Of a stretch of DNA of 64,000 nt, positions 61,951 through 64,000 are shown one piece after another; the first letter of the stretch is position 1; each line of letters begins with the position of its first letter. Origin of the DNA: an uncultured bacterium (GTDB lineage Bacteria; Bdellovibrionota; Bacteriovoracia; Bacteriovoracales; CAZZBM01); contig CAZZBM010000001.1 of assembly GCA_964652255.1 (NCBI GenBank), positions 440,920-504,919 of the forward strand, written 5' to 3'. Below the pieces are notes generated by a model. It was given only the letters and a program-made list of their open reading frames with translations, was not told where the DNA came from and did not search any database. The translations under genes and the position numbers were made by a program.

Positions 61951-64000
61951 ATGGAAAAAAACTATCCGGACAAAGTCCTTTTAATCCCAATTGCTCCTCC
62001 TTCAATTTATCCAGGCATCATAGCTCCTATTATGATTAATAAAGCTCTTTACCACCCTGAAATGGAGCAATATTTAGAAAAAGATACTTATGTAGGAATT
62101 AATCTTCTTTTACCTGAGGGTCAAAACCAGGTTTTTGAACGAGGGGTTTTGTGTAAGGTTTTAAAAAAAATCAAGTTAGAAGATAACTCTATTAACATTT
62201 TAGTGCAGGGGATTAAGCGTTATGAGCTTAAAGAAACTATTTCTGAAGATCAGTTAACCTTTGCTTCCTATACTCTTTTAGAAGAAAAAGAAGATAAAAA
62301 TGTTAAAACAACGGCTTTAGTAAGAAATATTCTTGATCATATTAAAAAGATTGCTGAACAAAGTCCTTTTTTTAATGAAGATTTAAAGTTAGCTGTTATT
62401 AATACCCCTAGTGCTTCTTATCTAACAGATTTAGTAGCTTTTGCTCTTAATTTAGATTTAGAACATTCTCAAGATTTTATTGGGACTACCAATGTAAGAA
62501 CAAGATTAAAAAAACTTCTTATTCTTTTAAAGAAAGAAGAAGAAGTTTTAAAAATTCAGCAAAAGATCTCAGAAGATGTCACAAGTAAGTTAAACAAACA
62601 GCAAAAAGAGTATTTTTTAAGAGAGCAGTTAAAGGTTATTCAGGGTGAATTAGGTCAAGATGAAGAAAAACTTAATGATTTTAAAAAAGCTTTAGAAACC
62701 ATTGGTCCTGTAAATGAAGATGTTGAAAAAGTTTTAAAAGAAGAATTTGAAAAATTAAAAAATCTTTCAGAGCAGTCTCCTGAATATCAAGTAAGTAAAA
62801 ATTATGTTCAGTGGATTCTTTCTCTTCCTTGGAATCAATCAAGTCCTAGTCATGATTTTAATTTAAAAAAAGCTCATGAAATTTTAGACCGAGATCATTT
62901 TGGTTTAAAAAAAGTGAAAGAAAGAATTCTAGAATTTTTAGCAGTCAAAAAACTTAAGCCTGATTATGATAGTACTATTTTATGCTTTGTCGGACCACCT
63001 GGTGTAGGAAAAACTTCTTTAGGTCAAAGTATTGCTGAGGCTCTATCAAAAAAGTTCTTTCGTTTTAGTTTAGGTGGCATGAGAGATGAAGCTGAGATTA
63101 AAGGACATAGAAGAACTTATATTGGAGCTATGCCCGGAAAGATTCTCCAAGCTTTAAAAAGAGTTGAGGTAAACAATCCTTTAATCATGCTCGATGAAAT
63201 TGATAAATTAAGTTATTCCTATCAAGGAGACCCTGCTTCAGCTTTGCTCGAGGTTTTAGACCCAGAACAAAATAAAAATTTTTTAGATCATTATCTTGAT
63301 CTTTCTTTTGATTTATCAAAAGTTATGTTTATTGCCACAGCTAATTCTCTTTCTGAGATTCCAGAGCCATTACTAGATAGAATGGAAGTTATTGAACTTC
63401 CCGGATACACTCTTGAAGAAAAATTAGAAATTGCTAAAAAATTTATTCTTCCAAAGCAACTCAAAAAACATGGCTTAAAAAATCAAGATCTTATTTTAAC
63501 TAAGCCTTTATTAAAAACTTTGATTGATTTTTATGCACGAGAAGCTGGAATTAGATCTTTAGAACAAATTATTGCTCGTTTATGTAGAAAAGTAGCCTTA
63601 AATCAGTTCTCAGAGAAATCAAAAAATTTAGTAAAGGAACTAACAATTAATCCTGAACAAGTTTTAGGACCAAAGCGTTTTACAACGGAAAAAACATTAG
63701 AAAAACTTCCTCCTGGAATTGCTACAGGTTTAGCTTGGACTGGTTATGGTGGGGATATTCTTTATGTGGAAACCATTCCTCTAGAGGGAAAAGGTTTTAA
63801 ATTAACAGGACAGCTAGGAGAAGTCATGAATGAATCAGCAACTCTGGCTTATAGTTATGTGAAAAAACTTCTTCAAGCTAAAAAAAAGAAGAAATCTAAA
63901 GAAAAAGACTATCTCTCTTCTCACGAAGTTCATGTTCATCTTCCTGCTGGTGCTATTCCAAAAGATGGTCCTAGTGCTGGAATTACTCTAGCGACAGCTC
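61951..64000 (+). CDS. lon: ATP-dependent Lon protease (3' end outside window)
   Basis: The frame is open from ATG 61951 to the window end, so it is absent from the ORF track. It has a Lon N-domain, the AAA+ motif GPPGVGKTSLGQSIAEAL with MLDEIDK, and the protease-site motif PKDGPSAGITLATA. Confidence 0.95.
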   Translation, partial: MEKNYPDKVLLIPIAPPSIYPGIIAPIMINKALYHPEMEQYLEKDTYVGINLLLPEGQNQVFERGVLCKVLKKIKLEDNSINILVQGIKRYELKETISEDQLTFASYTLLEEKEDKNVKTTALVRNILDHIKKIAEQSPFFNEDLKLAVINTPSASYLTDLVAFALNLDLEHSQDFIGTTNVRTRLKKLLILLKKEEEVLKIQQKISEDVTSKLNKQQKEYFLREQLKVIQGELGQDEEKLNDFKKALETIGPVNEDVEKVLKEEFEKLKNLSEQSPEYQVSKNYVQWILSLPWNQSSPSHDFNLKKAHEILDRDHFGLKKVKERILEFLAVKKLKPDYDSTILCFVGPPGVGKTSLGQSIAEALSKKFFRFSLGGMRDEAEIKGHRRTYIGAMPGKILQALKRVEVNNPLIMLDEIDKLSYSYQGDPASALLEVLDPEQNKNFLDHYLDLSFDLSKVMFIATANSLSEIPEPLLDRMEVIELPGYTLEEKLEIAKKFILPKQLKKHGLKNQDLILTKPLLKTLIDFYAREAGIRSLEQIIARLCRKVALNQFSEKSKNLVKELTINPEQVLGPKRFTTEKTLEKLPPGIATGLAWTGYGGDILYVETIPLEGKGFKLTGQLGEVMNESATLAYSYVKKLLQAKKKKKSKEKDYLSSHEVHVHLPAGAIPKDGPSAGITLATA

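Overview
This is a strongly AT-rich (by eye about 30% G+C, not computed) and very gene-dense chromosomal segment from a diderm bacterium; the lineage cannot be assigned without a database search. I support about 60 CDS and 2 tRNA-Ser genes. I found no rRNA, CRISPR array, transposase or integrase. Many genes overlap by 4-16 nt (ATGA/TGATG junctions), so most of the window is organised as long, translationally coupled operons.

Gene order:
- atpB'-atpE, a TerC-like gene, a SurA-like gene and uvrA, convergent with mfd. An untracked Cys-rich 51-codon ORF sits in the uvrA/mfd gap.
- nuoA-H-J-K-L-M-N (membrane arm only, no nuoB/C/D/E/F/G/I), coupled to an 842-aa TPR protein.
- serS and tRNA-Ser(UGA).
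- terC and tspO.
- A four-gene operon: two divergent archaeal/eukaryotic-type TyrRS-like genes, a truncated ALDH-like gene and an SDR gene.
- hsp20 (minus strand), tRNA-Ser(GCU), an AsmA-like gene and an SMR pair.
- ftsQ-like, ftsA, ftsZ and a PBP4-like gene.
- Housekeeping genes: MBL hydrolase, rnj, udk, prmA, rsmE, RDD, nadK, lepB, rlmE.
- A mini NFACT/DUF814 protein.
- The moxR-DUF58-batA-batB/C-batD aerotolerance-type operon, followed by pilD, a pilM-like gene and a TPR gene.
- On the minus strand: efp-accB-accC, a TamB-like gene and an Omp85 gene.
- rplM-rpsI, a degenerate UvrA-like gene and two tandem OmpA-family paralogues.
- lon (3' end outside the window).

The best candidate for an undescribed system is the TyrRS-like pair plus ALDH-like plus SDR operon at 19761-23415. 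Other notable points are the UvrA paralogue with one dead composite ATP site, the membrane-arm-only nuo cluster, a heat-shock-type promoter motif shared by hsp20 and lon, and the Cys/Ser/Gly-rich small ORF.

All homology calls rest on motif recognition by eye and on recalled family signatures. No searches were run.
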